Positions 8,820-18,589 of a DNA stretch of 64,000 nt are shown one piece after another (the stretch's first letter is position 1; every line of letters starts with the position of its first letter). The stretch covers positions 6,400,001 through 6,464,000 of the forward strand of contig JBKAGP010000001.1 in NCBI GenBank assembly GCA_046290465.1. The letters are read 5' to 3'. Position numbers and translations under genes: made by a program. The DNA is from Planctomycetota bacterium. GTDB lineage: Bacteria > Planctomycetota > UBA1135 > UBA2386. The notes below the pieces were generated by a model. The model ran no database searches. It was not told the origin of the DNA and saw only the letters and a list, made by a program, of their open reading frames with translations.

Positions 8820-10430
8820 ATGCGTCGAGTCCGAACCCACCTCGCCATGGTCGCCGCGCTGGCGGCTGCGTCCCTCGCCCGGCCGGCCCCTGCGCAGGGC
8901 GTCACCCCGACCGAGTTGTTCCAGGGATCGTTCACCTGGACGCGCGACTACTTCCAGGTCGGCGACACCGTGCATGCCCTGCAGCGCAGCTTCGAAGTGC
9001 GCTATGCGCGTTCGCCCGACGGCGGTCGCACCTGGCCGACCACCGATCTGCTGCTCAACCCGCAGCCGAGCGTCGCGCGCGTCGAGAGCGTCGCCGTCGA
9101 CGGCGACGTGCTGGTGCTCGCCGGGCAGTCGACGCCGATCGCCCAGCAGGGTGGCCCACTGGTCGTGACGTCGGTCGACGGGGGGCTGACGTGGTCCCAG
9201 CCGCAGCAGGTCAATCCGTGGACTTCGCCGTCCGCCACACTGACGACCCCGGCGGTCGGCGTGCACGTCGACGGGCTCGACGTCGTGCTCGTCTGGCTCG
9301 AGACCTGGAGCGGCGAACTGTGGACGCGGCGCTCGACCGATGGCGGCCAGACCTGGCCGTCGGCGCCGATACGCATCGACCAGGGACCGGCCGGGATCGG
9401 CGCCGGCCAGCTGACCGTCTTCGGCAGCGGCGACCTGGTGCTGGCGTTCCGCCGGATGAACGCGCCGCCGCACCGTCTGCAGGTGTCGGCCGATGGTGGG
9501 CAGACCTGGCTCGCGACCGCCACCGCGATCGCCTCGCCGGCCAGCGGTGGCCTCAGCACGCCCCGCACGTTCGTCATCGGGGACGCGAGCAACCTGATCG
9601 CGTCGTTCGACAGCCAGGCGCTGGTGCGCTCGACGGACGGCGGCCTGACGTGGTCGCCGACCTCGCCGCTGACCGGCCACACGATCCGGGCGCTCGCCGG
9701 CGACGGACCGCGGTTGCTGGCGGCCGGTACTCCGGGCGTGTTCGGTGGCCAGACGGTCGAGCTGACGGCGTCGACCGACGGCGGCGCGACCTGGACGCCG
9801 ATCGCGCCGATCGCGATCACCGGTGACGTCGCCGTCGACGTCGGCATCGCCGGCGACGACCTCTACGCGCAGTTCCGCAGCCTGCCCTATGCGGCGCAGA
9901 ACCTGTTGGCGATCTCCGAGGACGACGGCCTGACGTGGGGCGTGCACATGGCCGGCGTGCACGACCTCGCGGTCGACGACCGGCGCGCGATCTCGGTGCG
10001 CTTCGACTACGTGTCGGGCGTGACGTGGTCGTGCAAGGCGTTCGTCGCGCACGGGTGGACGCCGCTGGGCAGCGGCACGCCGGGAACGTCCGGTGCGACG
10101 CCACGGCTGGCGATGGTCGGAGCCCCGCTGGCCGGCCGCAGCGTCGACCTGACGCTGGCCGACGCGCGCGCCAACTCGCTCGCGGCGGTCGGAGTGTCGT
10201 GGCAGGCGCCCGCGGCGATCCCGCTGGCCGGCGGCACGTTGCGGGTCGACGCGCCGCTGCTGCCGCTCGCGGTGGCGCTCGACGCGAACGGCGACGGTGC
10301 GGTGCCGTTGTCGATCCCCAACACCCCGGCCGTCGCCGATCTGCGGCTGGTCGCGCAGGCCGTCGTGCTCGATCCTGCGGCGCAGTCGGGACTGGCGCTG
10401 ACCCGCGCGCTCGAGATCTGGCTGCGCTGA
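8820..10430 (+). CDS. secreted BNR/Asp-box (sialidase-like) repeat protein with C-terminal candidate sorting domain
   Basis: Signal peptide; about 7 S-x-D-G/D-G-x-T-W boxes; C-terminus IPNTPAVADLRLVAQAVVLDP...LALTRAL. Confidence 0.8.
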   Translation: MRRVRTHLAMVAALAAASLARPAPAQGVTPTELFQGSFTWTRDYFQVGDTVHALQRSFEVRYARSPDGGRTWPTTDLLLNPQPSVARVESVAVDGDVLVLAGQSTPIAQQGGPLVVTSVDGGLTWSQPQQVNPWTSPSATLTTPAVGVHVDGLDVVLVWLETWSGELWTRRSTDGGQTWPSAPIRIDQGPAGIGAGQLTVFGSGDLVLAFRRMNAPPHRLQVSADGGQTWLATATAIASPASGGLSTPRTFVIGDASNLIASFDSQALVRSTDGGLTWSPTSPLTGHTIRALAGDGPRLLAAGTPGVFGGQTVELTASTDGGATWTPIAPIAITGDVAVDVGIAGDDLYAQFRSLPYAAQNLLAISEDDGLTWGVHMAGVHDLAVDDRRAISVRFDYVSGVTWSCKAFVAHGWTPLGSGTPGTSGATPRLAMVGAPLAGRSVDLTLADARANSLAAVGVSWQAPAAIPLAGGTLRVDAPLLPLAVALDANGDGAVPLSIPNTPAVADLRLVAQAVVLDPAAQSGLALTRALEIWLR

Positions 10431-10511
10431 ACGGGGCGCGCGAACGCGCGTCCCATCCGGTGGTCATCGGTCGGCCATCCGTTGGCGGTCCGTTGACCCG
10501 GTCGGAACGTT

Positions 10512-10540
10512 CGGTTCCGGGAGCAGACCTTGCGGACCGC
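10512..10540. repeat. intergenic repeat family B partial copy between convergent genes
   Basis: cggttccgggagcagaccttgcggaccgc is close to the reverse complement of 36286-36313. Confidence 0.65.
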
Positions 10541-10545
10541 GCGCG

Positions 10546-11310
10546 CTACTTGCCGGGCAGCTGCGTCTTCAGGAACGCCATGTCGTTGGCGAACTGGCTC
10601 AGGGCCTCGCGGTCGGCGTCGTTGATCTTCTTGTACTTGGCGGTGATGCGCACGGTGTCGTCGTCGCCCGCCGGCTCGACGCCGCCGGCCTCGGCGACGA
10701 ACTCGAAGAAGCTCTTCTTGATCATCTTGACCTGGAACTTCAGGTGCATCTCGCCGCCGTCGAAGAACAGCGCCTTGGCCTGATCGGCGTTGAAGCCGGC
10801 CTTCGAGCCGTTCCACAAGAACTGCATCTTGTTGCCGTCGACGTTGGCGATCTTGCCGACGAGCACCTTCTTCTTGCTGCCGAGCATCTGGTTGCGGGTG
10901 TCGTCCGAGAACGTCACCAGCACCTTCTCCTGATCGACCGGCGCCTCGCCGGCGAGCTCCTTCTTGTTGAGGTGCTTGATGATCGCCTTGGTGGCAGCAC
11001 CCTCGTCCTCGTGCAGCTCGATCAGCTTGTCGATGCCGACCTTCGTCATCACGTCGCGCACGAACGGCGACGGCTGGGCGACGACCAGCTCCCCGTCCTC
11101 GGCGCGGCAGCGCTTGTGCGCCTTGATGACGGCGCCGAGCGCGGTCGAGTTGATGAACTTGACCAGACGCATGTCCAGGATCAGGTGGTTGACGCCGCGC
11201 TCGAGCAGGTCCTCGACCTCTTCCATCAGGGCGGGGCAGTAGAACGTGTCGAACTCGCCCTTGAGGGTGAGCACCGCGTAGTCGTCGTGCTGGGACTTGT
11301 CGATCTTCAT
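10546..11310 (-). CDS. STAS anti-sigma factor antagonist with C-terminal PilZ-like extension
   Basis: LKGEFD, LILDMRLVKFINSTALG (phospho-Ser site); about 130 extra aa ending KINDADREALSQF. Confidence 0.8.
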   Translation of the reverse strand: MKIDKSQHDDYAVLTLKGEFDTFYCPALMEEVEDLLERGVNHLILDMRLVKFINSTALGAVIKAHKRCRAEDGELVVAQPSPFVRDVMTKVGIDKLIELHEDEGAATKAIIKHLNKKELAGEAPVDQEKVLVTFSDDTRNQMLGSKKKVLVGKIANVDGNKMQFLWNGSKAGFNADQAKALFFDGGEMHLKFQVKMIKKSFFEFVAEAGGVEPAGDDDTVRITAKYKKINDADREALSQFANDMAFLKTQLPGK

Positions 11311-11504
11311 GGCTTCGCGAGGACCGTCGGGAGAAATCCGGTCCGGGTAGGGGACGCAGGATTCTGGCCCCTCGGCGCGCCGGGCGCAACGTGGACCGCG
11401 CGCATTCCGCCCGATGGGGGCGGGACTTCCGACCTCGCGCGGCAGGATTTCACGGGGCGTTCCGGTGGCCCGGACGTCCCCAGCCGCTAGAGTGCGCGCG
11501 GCAG

Positions 11505-12854
11505 ATGAAGTGGCCCTGGTCCAAGAAGCGTGAAGGCGATCTCCCCGGCGGTGGGCGGCCGGCGGATGACGATGCGATGTCGGCCTCGACGATCCTCACC
11601 GGGGACGCCGAGCAGGACTCGCGGTCGCTCGAGATCCTGCTCGACACGATCGCGGCGGTGACCGCCAACATCGACCTCGACAGCGTGCTGCGCGACATCG
11701 TCTACCGCTCGCTGCAGGTGACCAGCGCCGAGCGCGCGCTGCTGCTGCTCGGCGAGAATCCGGACCAGCTGACGGTCCGCGTCGCGCAGGACAAGGAGGG
11801 CAAGTCGCTCTCCGGCGAACTGCAGTGGAGCCGCAGCCTGGTGCGCCGTTGCCTCGAAGAAGGCGTCGCCGTGCGTTCGGTGGTGCAGTCCGACCAGGAG
11901 GCGCTCGAGATCGGCCGTTCGGTCTACGACCTCAAGCTGCGCGCGGTGATGTGCGCGCCGATGCGGGCGCAGGATCGCACCGTCGGCGTCATCTACGTCG
12001 ACAGCCGCGCGATGCGCCGCGAGTTCTCGGCGCGCGACCTGGCGTTGTTCGGCGCGATCTCCGCGCAGCTGGCGATCGGGGTCGAGAACGCGCGCCTGCA
12101 CGCCGACTCCCTCGAGAAGGCCAAGCTGCAGAAGGACGTCGAGATCGCCCGCAGGATCCAGCAGCACCTGCTGCCGCCGGTGCCCAAGGACTGGCGCGGA
12201 CTCGACATCGGGCTGCGCTACGAGGCGGCCGAGCGGGCCTCCGGCGACACCTACGACTTCGTGCCGATGGCCGGCGGTCGCTACGCGATCATGATCGGCG
12301 ACGTCACCGGCCACGGCGTCGGCGCGGCGCTGCTGACGCACGCGGTGCAGGCGGCGTTGCGCAGCTACCTCGAACTGATCGACGACGCCGCCACCGTCAT
12401 CACCAAGGTCAACCAGCGGCTGGTCGAAGGGGTCGAGACCGGCAACTTCATGTCGCTGCTGCTGCTGATCATCGACCCGGCGAAGCGCACGCTCGAGTAC
12501 GTCAACGCCGGCCACCCGGGCCTGGTCGTGTGCCACCAGGACGGCACCCAGGTGCTCGAGAAGACCGGCATGGTGCTCGGGGTCGTCGGCGACCAGCAGT
12601 ACGAGGCGAGCCCGCTGATCCAGCTGCAGCCGGGCGACCTGCTGTTCACGCATACGGACGGCGTCGACGAGTCGATGTCGCCCGAACGGGAGGTCTTCGG
12701 CGTCGAACGGCTGCACCAGCTCGTCGGCATGTTGCGGCGCGAGGGCTTCACGGCCGATCGTGCGCTGGCCGAGGTCGAGCGGCAGATCCGCGACCACGTC
12801 GGCAGCGATGCGCGCGAGGACGACTTCACGATGATCGCCGTCAAACTGACGTGA
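11505..12854 (+). CDS. GAF + SpoIIE/PP2C phosphatase (RsbU-like)
   Basis: GAF (MCAPM, GVIYVDSR, ENARLH); ARRIQQHLLP, SGDTYDF, GDVTGHG, NAGHP, TDGVDE, DDFT. Confidence 0.92.
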   Translation: MKWPWSKKREGDLPGGGRPADDDAMSASTILTGDAEQDSRSLEILLDTIAAVTANIDLDSVLRDIVYRSLQVTSAERALLLLGENPDQLTVRVAQDKEGKSLSGELQWSRSLVRRCLEEGVAVRSVVQSDQEALEIGRSVYDLKLRAVMCAPMRAQDRTVGVIYVDSRAMRREFSARDLALFGAISAQLAIGVENARLHADSLEKAKLQKDVEIARRIQQHLLPPVPKDWRGLDIGLRYEAAERASGDTYDFVPMAGGRYAIMIGDVTGHGVGAALLTHAVQAALRSYLELIDDAATVITKVNQRLVEGVETGNFMSLLLLIIDPAKRTLEYVNAGHPGLVVCHQDGTQVLEKTGMVLGVVGDQQYEASPLIQLQPGDLLFTHTDGVDESMSPEREVFGVERLHQLVGMLRREGFTADRALAEVERQIRDHVGSDAREDDFTMIAVKLT

Positions 12855-13843
12855 GCAAACCCAACCCCAGAGGCAAGCCGGCCGCGCCCGGCAAGCGTTC
12901 TCCGTTCGCCGACCGCCGCCTGCTGCTGCCGATCGGCTTCATCCTGCTGGTGGCGGGCTGGTACGGCTTCCAGTGGTGGCGCGAGAACGCGGGGCGCGCG
13001 GAGCTGCGCCAGCAGCTGCTGCTCGACACCGAGGCGGAGCTGCAGAAGGAGAAGCCCGACAAGGACGTGCTCGGCGACCTGATGGCGCGCTTGACGCGGC
13101 TGCCCGATGCGGCGACCGCGCCCGAACTGCTCGCCGCACAGGCCGAGATCGAGCTGCTGCGCGGCCGGCCGGATCGCGCCGACCGCATGTTCGGTGCGAT
13201 CGCCGCGAGCCCGGGGGCGACGCCGCGCGACCAGCAGCTCGGCGCCCGCATCCTGATCGAGAAGCAGCGCGGCTTCGCCGGCGACGCGGCGACGTCGCAA
13301 GGCATGCTGCAGCAGATCGTGACGTTCTCGGAGAACGCCTACGCCGACAGCGGCAAGGCTGGCGACCTGTTCCGCGCCTGGCAGGCGTGCAAGCGGCTGT
13401 GGGACCACGCGCGCGCCAAGGGGTTCGCCGAGCAGCTGGCGAGCAACCACGCGGACTCCAAGGAGCAGCGCCTGGTGGCGCTGTCGAGCGGGTTCGCTCC
13501 GGCGCGCGACGGGGTCGCGGTCGACGACCTGGCGATCGACTTCGGCGACGACCAGCCCGCGGAGCTCGCGGCGATGCAGACCGCGGTGCTGCTGCAGTCC
13601 GGCAAGCTGCCCGAGGCGCTGGCCAGCGCCGAGCGGGACCTCAACCGGTTCGCCGGTGTCGGCGGCGTGCGCTACGTGCTCGCGATCGTGCTGCACGCCT
13701 GCGCGATGGGCAGCAAGCCGGGGTCGCTCGACCGCGCGACGTTCGTCAAGCGGCGCGACGAGCAGCTGGACTGGCTCGAGGCGCGCGCGCCGGCGGGCGA
13801 AGCGCTGCGCACCAAGTGGCAGCAGATGCGCGCGATCCGGTAG
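12851..13843 (+). CDS. membrane-anchored helical/TPR-like hypothetical protein
   Basis: GTG 12851 overlaps the PP2C stop; N-terminal TM LLLPIGFILLVAGWYGFQWW. Confidence 0.7.
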   Translation: MSKPNPRGKPAAPGKRSPFADRRLLLPIGFILLVAGWYGFQWWRENAGRAELRQQLLLDTEAELQKEKPDKDVLGDLMARLTRLPDAATAPELLAAQAEIELLRGRPDRADRMFGAIAASPGATPRDQQLGARILIEKQRGFAGDAATSQGMLQQIVTFSENAYADSGKAGDLFRAWQACKRLWDHARAKGFAEQLASNHADSKEQRLVALSSGFAPARDGVAVDDLAIDFGDDQPAELAAMQTAVLLQSGKLPEALASAERDLNRFAGVGGVRYVLAIVLHACAMGSKPGSLDRATFVKRRDEQLDWLEARAPAGEALRTKWQQMRAIR

Positions 13844-13907
13844 GGGCAGGCCGGCTGGTTGCCTGGCAGACCGGTTCGGCTCGCCGGCGGCGCGCCGCAC
13901 GCGGCCG

Positions 13908-14777
13908 TCAGATCGCGAGCGCGATTGCCCCGACGCCGGCGGCCAGCGCGACGAACAGCGGCGCGACCGCGGTCCGGTGCAGGCCGGCGTTCTGCACGAT
14001 GTGGGTCAGGTGGCGGCGGTCGCCGACCCACGGCGGCACGCCGATCACCAGCCGCGCGACCACCACCTGGGTGAAGTCGCAGAGCGGCACGGCGACCGCG
14101 AGCAGCCAGTCGGGGTCGAGCAGCAGCGCCTGCGCCGCCGCGTAGCTGGTGCACAGGCCGAGCGCGTAGGCGCCGCCGTCGCCGAGGAACAGCCGCGGCT
14201 TCGGCCAGTTGAACGGCAGGAAGCCGCACGCCGCGAAGCCGGCCGCGAGCGTGATCGTGCGGGTAGAGCCGTCGGGCAGCGCGGCGAAGCCGAGCAACAG
14301 CAGCATCGCCGCGCTCAGTCCGGCCGCGACGCCGTCGGTGTTGTCGAGGAAGTTGACGGCGTTGGTCAGCACGAACGTGCCCCCGAACACCAGCAGCCAG
14401 CTGCCCGGCTGCTGCAGCGGGTCGACGGTCGCGGTCGCGACCAGCCCGGCCGCGACGAACAGCCCCGCCGCCTTGATGCGCCAGTCGAGGCCGCCGTCGT
14501 CGAGCGGGCCGGCGTGCTCCTTGCGCCGGTCGTCGTCGAAGCCGACCGCGGCGCTGACCAGCACGGCCGCGAGCAGCAGCCAGGCGCCGAACACGCCGCA
14601 CCAGGTCGCGATCGCCGGCACCAGCAGCACGCCCGCCAGCGGGATCGGCCGGCCGTGCGACTTGCGGCCGGGGCGCGGCGGGTCGTCCGGCAACCAGCCG
14701 ACGACGCGGCGGTTGACCTGGTCCCCGATCGCGACCGACGCGGCCGCGATCGCCGCTGCCCACCACGGGTCGATCAT
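13908..14777 (-). CDS. WecA/TagO/MraY-family polyprenyl-phosphate sugar-phosphate transferase
   Basis: GRKSH..P.P..G, GFDDD, NAVNFLDNTDG, PFNWPKPRLFLGDGG, DRRHLTH; ATGA overlap with nadD. Confidence 0.85.
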   Translation of the reverse strand: MIDPWWAAAIAAASVAIGDQVNRRVVGWLPDDPPRPGRKSHGRPIPLAGVLLVPAIATWCGVFGAWLLLAAVLVSAAVGFDDDRRKEHAGPLDDGGLDWRIKAAGLFVAAGLVATATVDPLQQPGSWLLVFGGTFVLTNAVNFLDNTDGVAAGLSAAMLLLLGFAALPDGSTRTITLAAGFAACGFLPFNWPKPRLFLGDGGAYALGLCTSYAAAQALLLDPDWLLAVAVPLCDFTQVVVARLVIGVPPWVGDRRHLTHIVQNAGLHRTAVAPLFVALAAGVGAIALAI

Positions 14778-15439
14778 CGGTAGAGGCCGTTCCTCTGCAC
14801 GTAGTCGGCGACGGCTGCAGGCAGCATCGGTGGGCGGGGTTCGCCCCGGCGCAGCCGTTGGCGCAGGTCGCTGGCGGCGACGTCGTCGGCGGGCAGGTCG
14901 AGCACGTGGGCCAGCAGCGCCTGGCGCTCCTCGCTGCTCAGGTCGAGGGCGCGCAGTCGGGCCTCGTCGATCGGGTAGCCGCGGCGCGGCCAGGTGACGA
15001 CGGTCGCCAGTTCGAGCAGCTGGTGGTGGCCGTACCAGGTCGGCAGCAGCGGCAGGTTGTCGCTGCCGATCAGGAAGAACAACCGGGTGCCGGGCAGCTG
15101 CCGCTGCAGTTCGCGCAGCGTGTCGACCGTGTAGGACGGGCCGTCGCGGTGCAGTTCGCGGTCGTCGACCTCGACGCCGGCGATGCCGTCGAAGGCCAGC
15201 CGGGCCATCGCCAGCCGGTGCTGCGCGGGCGCCATGTCGCGGCCCTGCTTGTGCGGGTGGTCGCCGGACGGGATCGCCAGAAGTCGTTGCACGGGAAGCT
15301 GATCCAGCGCCTGCGCGGCGATCCGTCGGTGGCTCTCGTGGGGCGGGTTGAACGATCCGCCGAGCACCGCCACGCCGGGCTGTGCCGAGGGAGCATGATA
15401 CGGGGTGCCCGATCCAGCGGAGGCCATCTCGCGGTGCAC
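14774..15439 (-). CDS. nadD: nicotinate-nucleotide adenylyltransferase
   Basis: GGSFNPPHESH, HPHK, SYTVDTL, FLIGSDN, W; start approximate. Confidence 0.92.
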   Translation of the reverse strand: MHREMASAGSGTPYHAPSAQPGVAVLGGSFNPPHESHRRIAAQALDQLPVQRLLAIPSGDHPHKQGRDMAPAQHRLAMARLAFDGIAGVEVDDRELHRDGPSYTVDTLRELQRQLPGTRLFFLIGSDNLPLLPTWYGHHQLLELATVVTWPRRGYPIDEARLRALDLSSEERQALLAHVLDLPADDVAASDLRQRLRRGEPRPPMLPAAVADYVQRNGLYR

Positions 15440-15619
15440 AGTAGAGGGTCGTGCGCGGCGGCAAAAGGGTTTGACCCGCTCGGAGCCGGTCGCCGAAATG
15501 ACGGTTGCGCCGGCTTTTGGGCCTCGCTAGCTTTTGCCCCTCGCGCTTTCTCCCGGCGCGACTGAGACCCCAAACCACCCCTCACCGCGGGCGCCCCTCG
15601 CCCGCACGAGCAACCAACA

Positions 15620-15994
15620 ATGCGTAAGTTCGCTCTCGTCCTTGCTCTGCTCCCCATGGCCGCCTGCTCGACCTTTGGCTGGGAAGGCCAAGGCGCCGGC
15701 CTCACGAAGGAACAGCAGGAGCGTGGCATCAAGGATGTCACCGCCCTCGCCAACGAATACGAAACGCAGTCGTTCTTCCGGAGCGTGCGTCGCCGTAGCG
15801 ACGGCCGCAACAACGCGTTCGGTCGTGACCTGATGAGCATCACGAACTTCTTCGATCGCCACTTCTGGAACTACGACGAGAACGACCCCTACATCAACTT
15901 CCCGAGCCGCACGACCAAGCTCGAGCACCTCGGCCGCTTCGGCCTGAACACGGTGTCCAGCCTGCCGTTGGTCGACGAGATCACCACGCGGTGA
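15620..15994 (+). CDS. hypothetical lipoprotein
   Basis: MRKFALVLALLPMAAC lipobox; 124 aa. Confidence 0.75.
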   Translation: MRKFALVLALLPMAACSTFGWEGQGAGLTKEQQERGIKDVTALANEYETQSFFRSVRRRSDGRNNAFGRDLMSITNFFDRHFWNYDENDPYINFPSRTTKLEHLGRFGLNTVSSLPLVDEITTR

Positions 15995-16010
15995 TCGCGT
16001 AGCGATCACC
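15990..16010 (+). terminator. hairpin at the lipoprotein stop (ggtgatcgc-gta-gcgatcacc)
   Basis: 9-bp perfect stem; no U-tract. Confidence 0.4.
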
Positions 16011-16039
16011 GCGAGGTGATCCCGGCGACCAAGCCTCTT

Positions 16040-16229
16040 CTTCGCGGCTGCGGAAGCAACATCCGCGAGGCCCTGCACCGCGGCCCGCTACGCCGCGAAG
16101 CTGCACGCGCTCCGCGCGTGCAGATTGGCGCGCTTCGCGCGCCTGCGCGCTGGGCGCGCGGGCGGACGATGAGGGTGACGCCCCGGCGCGCTACGCGCGC
16201 CACCAAGAACGCCGTGCCGCGGATGTTGC
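16040..16229. other. multi-hairpin intergenic element (structured RNA or REP cluster)
   Basis: 12-bp closing stem 16056-16067/16218-16229 encloses four tri-loop hairpins. Confidence 0.5.
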
Positions 16230-16329
16230 GGTACGGTACGCGGTTCATCCTCCAACTTTCGCGTGTGCCGGGGGTGCGGGGGGTCGGAGGGAGAGTTGCC
16301 GTACGGTACGCGGTTCGTCCTCCAACTTT
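16226..16329. repeat. two direct copies of the family A repeat arm (ttgcsgtacggtacgcggttcrtcctccaacttt)
   Basis: Copies at about 16226-16259 and 16296-16329; match the left arm of the 24103 palindrome. Confidence 0.8.
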
Positions 16330-16391
16330 GGTGCGCGTTGGTGGATGGAGGGGCGGAGTTGTGGGGCCCGGTGGGAGGGCTGCTCCGGGGG

Positions 16392-17048
16392 CTACTTCCT
16401 GGTCCAGGTGGCCAGGTGGCGGGTGCGGGGGGCTGGCTCGGGCAGGTCGTAGGTGGCCGTCTTGTGGTGTTGGAAGCGGCCGAGCTTCTGGGGGATCTCG
16501 GCGTCGGCCTCGAGCCAGAGGGTGAGGCTGCCGCCTGGGCGGACCAGCGGTTCGGCGAGGTTGGCGACGACTTCGGGGCGGGCGACGGCGCGGGCGGTGC
16601 AGAGGTCGAAGCCGTGGCGGAAGTCCTTGCGCAGCGCGGGCGCCTGGCTGGCGTCCATCTGGATCGTCTCGATGCGGTCGAGGCCGCAGGTCAGCAGGCA
16701 GGTGCCGATGGCGCGGACCTTCTTGCCGGTCTTGTCCATCAGCGTGACGGTCGCGTGCGGCGCCAGGGCCGCGACGCCGACGCCGGGGAAGCCGTTGCCG
16801 GTGCCGAGGTCGAGCACGTGCTGCGGCCGCAACCCGGTCAGCTGGAACGCCAGGCTGTCCAGCGCGTGCAGCACGACCGCGGCCTCGCGATCGCGCACCG
16901 CGGTCAGGTTGATGTGCTGGTTGGTGGCCAGCATCGCGTCGAGGTAGGCGAGCACCTCTTCGGCGGCAGCCTCGTCGACGTCGAGGCCGAGGGCCTTGGC
17001 CTTCGCGATCAGGGATTGCGGGTCGGTGTCGTCGTGCGAACAGCTCAC
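16392..17048 (-). CDS. rsmG: 16S rRNA m7G527 methyltransferase RsmG/GidB
   Basis: NQHINLTAVRD, HALDSL, LDLGTGNGFPG, TARAVA. Confidence 0.92.
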   Translation of the reverse strand: MSCSHDDTDPQSLIAKAKALGLDVDEAAAEEVLAYLDAMLATNQHINLTAVRDREAAVVLHALDSLAFQLTGLRPQHVLDLGTGNGFPGVGVAALAPHATVTLMDKTGKKVRAIGTCLLTCGLDRIETIQMDASQAPALRKDFRHGFDLCTARAVARPEVVANLAEPLVRPGGSLTLWLEADAEIPQKLGRFQHHKTATYDLPEPAPRTRHLATWTRK

Positions 17049-17086
17049 GCGGGCGATCTTTGGCGGCGCGCGTCCGCGAAGCAAGC

Positions 17087-18589
17087 TCAGGCGCTCGGTT
17101 CGTCGACGACCGCCTCGGCGGTGGGGGCGGCGGGCGGTTGCGGATCGCCGGAGCTGCGGCGACGCAGCAGGCGCAGCGCCAGCAGGCCGAGCACCGGGCC
17201 GCCGACGACCGCCGAGGTAACCAGACGCCAGACCAACTCGGGCGCGAACAGCAGGTCGACGCCGAGCAGCACCAGCAGCAGCGCGGCCCCGATCAGCAGG
17301 CCGTCTCGCAACTCGTTCAGGAACGCGCGCAGCGGCAGCGACAGGTGCTGCAGCGCGCCGTAGGCCGAGATCGACAGCGCCAGGAAGATCGCGATGCAGG
17401 TCGCGCCGGCAAAGCCGGTGACGCCGAGGAAGTGGGCGGCGGGGATGCCGAGCGCATACATCGCCACGCAGCGGAAGAACTGCGCGCGGCGATCGAGCTG
17501 TGGCTTGCCGACGGCCCACAGCATCGGGCCGATCACGCCGGTCAGGCCGGCGAGGCCGCCGTGCAGCATCAGCAGCGTGAACAAGCCGTCGACGGCGTCG
17601 TAGTTGTCGCCGAACACGACCTTCGGCAGGTCGTCGCCGCACCACGCCATCACCACCGTCATCGGCGTGCCGAGCATCACGTAGGTGTGCACCGCGCGGA
17701 GCCAGGCGCGGCCGAGGCGTTGGTGGTCGTTCTGCAGGTGCGCGTAGGCGGGGAACGCGACCGGGCCGAGCACCTTCAAGAACACCTGCTCGGGGTACTT
17801 GGCGATCCGGCCGGCACCGTCGAACACCGCGACCGCCCCCTTGCCGATTGCCTTCGCCAGCACGAACGCCGGCGCGGTGAAGATCATCAGCAGCAAGAAC
17901 GGCTGGCCCGCGGCGCCCCGGCCGTAGTGGAACAGTTCGCGGAACACCTCGCGATCGATTGCGAAGTTCGGTCGATACGGCGCGATGACGTAGCTGATCA
18001 GCGCCTTGGCCGCGGTCAGGCTCAGGTGGCCGACGACCATCGCCCAGACGTCCTGCCACAAGAACGCCAGCGTCACCGTCAGGGTCTGGCTCAGCAGCAC
18101 GGCGCAGAACTCGCCCGCTGCGACCTGACGGAACGCCAGGCCCTTCATCTTGAGCGCGCGCGCCGGGCTCGTGAGTCCTTCGACCAGGCCGTTGGCGGCG
18201 AGCGCCAGGAACAGGCCCGGCAGCCAGTACCGCGCGTTGGTCTGCTCGTCGCCGAAGAACGACGACAGCGGCCACGCCATCGCGCACAGGACGCCGGTGA
18301 TCAACAGCCCGCGCAGCAAGTGCACGGTGAACACGGTGTCGAGGTAGCGGCGCTCGGCGCCGCGTTGCGACCAGATGGTCGTCTCCTCGCCCATGAACTT
18401 GGTCAGCGCCTCGATCGCGCCGGTGCCCGCGAGCACCACGCCGAACAGGCCGATGTCCTCCTTCTCGAGCTGGCGCCAGACCTGGGTCAGCGCGAACAGC
18501 TGCACCAGCTGCTGCCCCCCGACGCCCAGGAACTGCCAGCCAAGGCTCGTCAGCGTGCGCCTGCGCAGGTCGTGGTCGCTCGGGCTCAT
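17087..18589 (-). CDS. polysaccharide/oligosaccharide flippase (Wzx/PST family)
   Basis: Multi-TM protein from MSPSDHDLRRRTLTSLGWQ; WAMVVG, FRELFHYG, VAFPAYA; ATGA overlap with asnB. Confidence 0.85.
   Translation of the reverse strand: MSPSDHDLRRRTLTSLGWQFLGVGGQQLVQLFALTQVWRQLEKEDIGLFGVVLAGTGAIEALTKFMGEETTIWSQRGAERRYLDTVFTVHLLRGLLITGVLCAMAWPLSSFFGDEQTNARYWLPGLFLALAANGLVEGLTSPARALKMKGLAFRQVAAGEFCAVLLSQTLTVTLAFLWQDVWAMVVGHLSLTAAKALISYVIAPYRPNFAIDREVFRELFHYGRGAAGQPFLLLMIFTAPAFVLAKAIGKGAVAVFDGAGRIAKYPEQVFLKVLGPVAFPAYAHLQNDHQRLGRAWLRAVHTYVMLGTPMTVVMAWCGDDLPKVVFGDNYDAVDGLFTLLMLHGGLAGLTGVIGPMLWAVGKPQLDRRAQFFRCVAMYALGIPAAHFLGVTGFAGATCIAIFLALSISAYGALQHLSLPLRAFLNELRDGLLIGAALLLVLLGVDLLFAPELVWRLVTSAVVGGPVLGLLALRLLRRRSSGDPQPPAAPTAEAVVDEPSA

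Noticed and set aside
16226..16329. Mini CRISPR array (two ~34-bp repeats about 36 bp apart)
   Set aside because: Only two imperfect copies, no cas genes, and the same sequence forms one arm of the 24103 palindrome; a REP-like origin fits better
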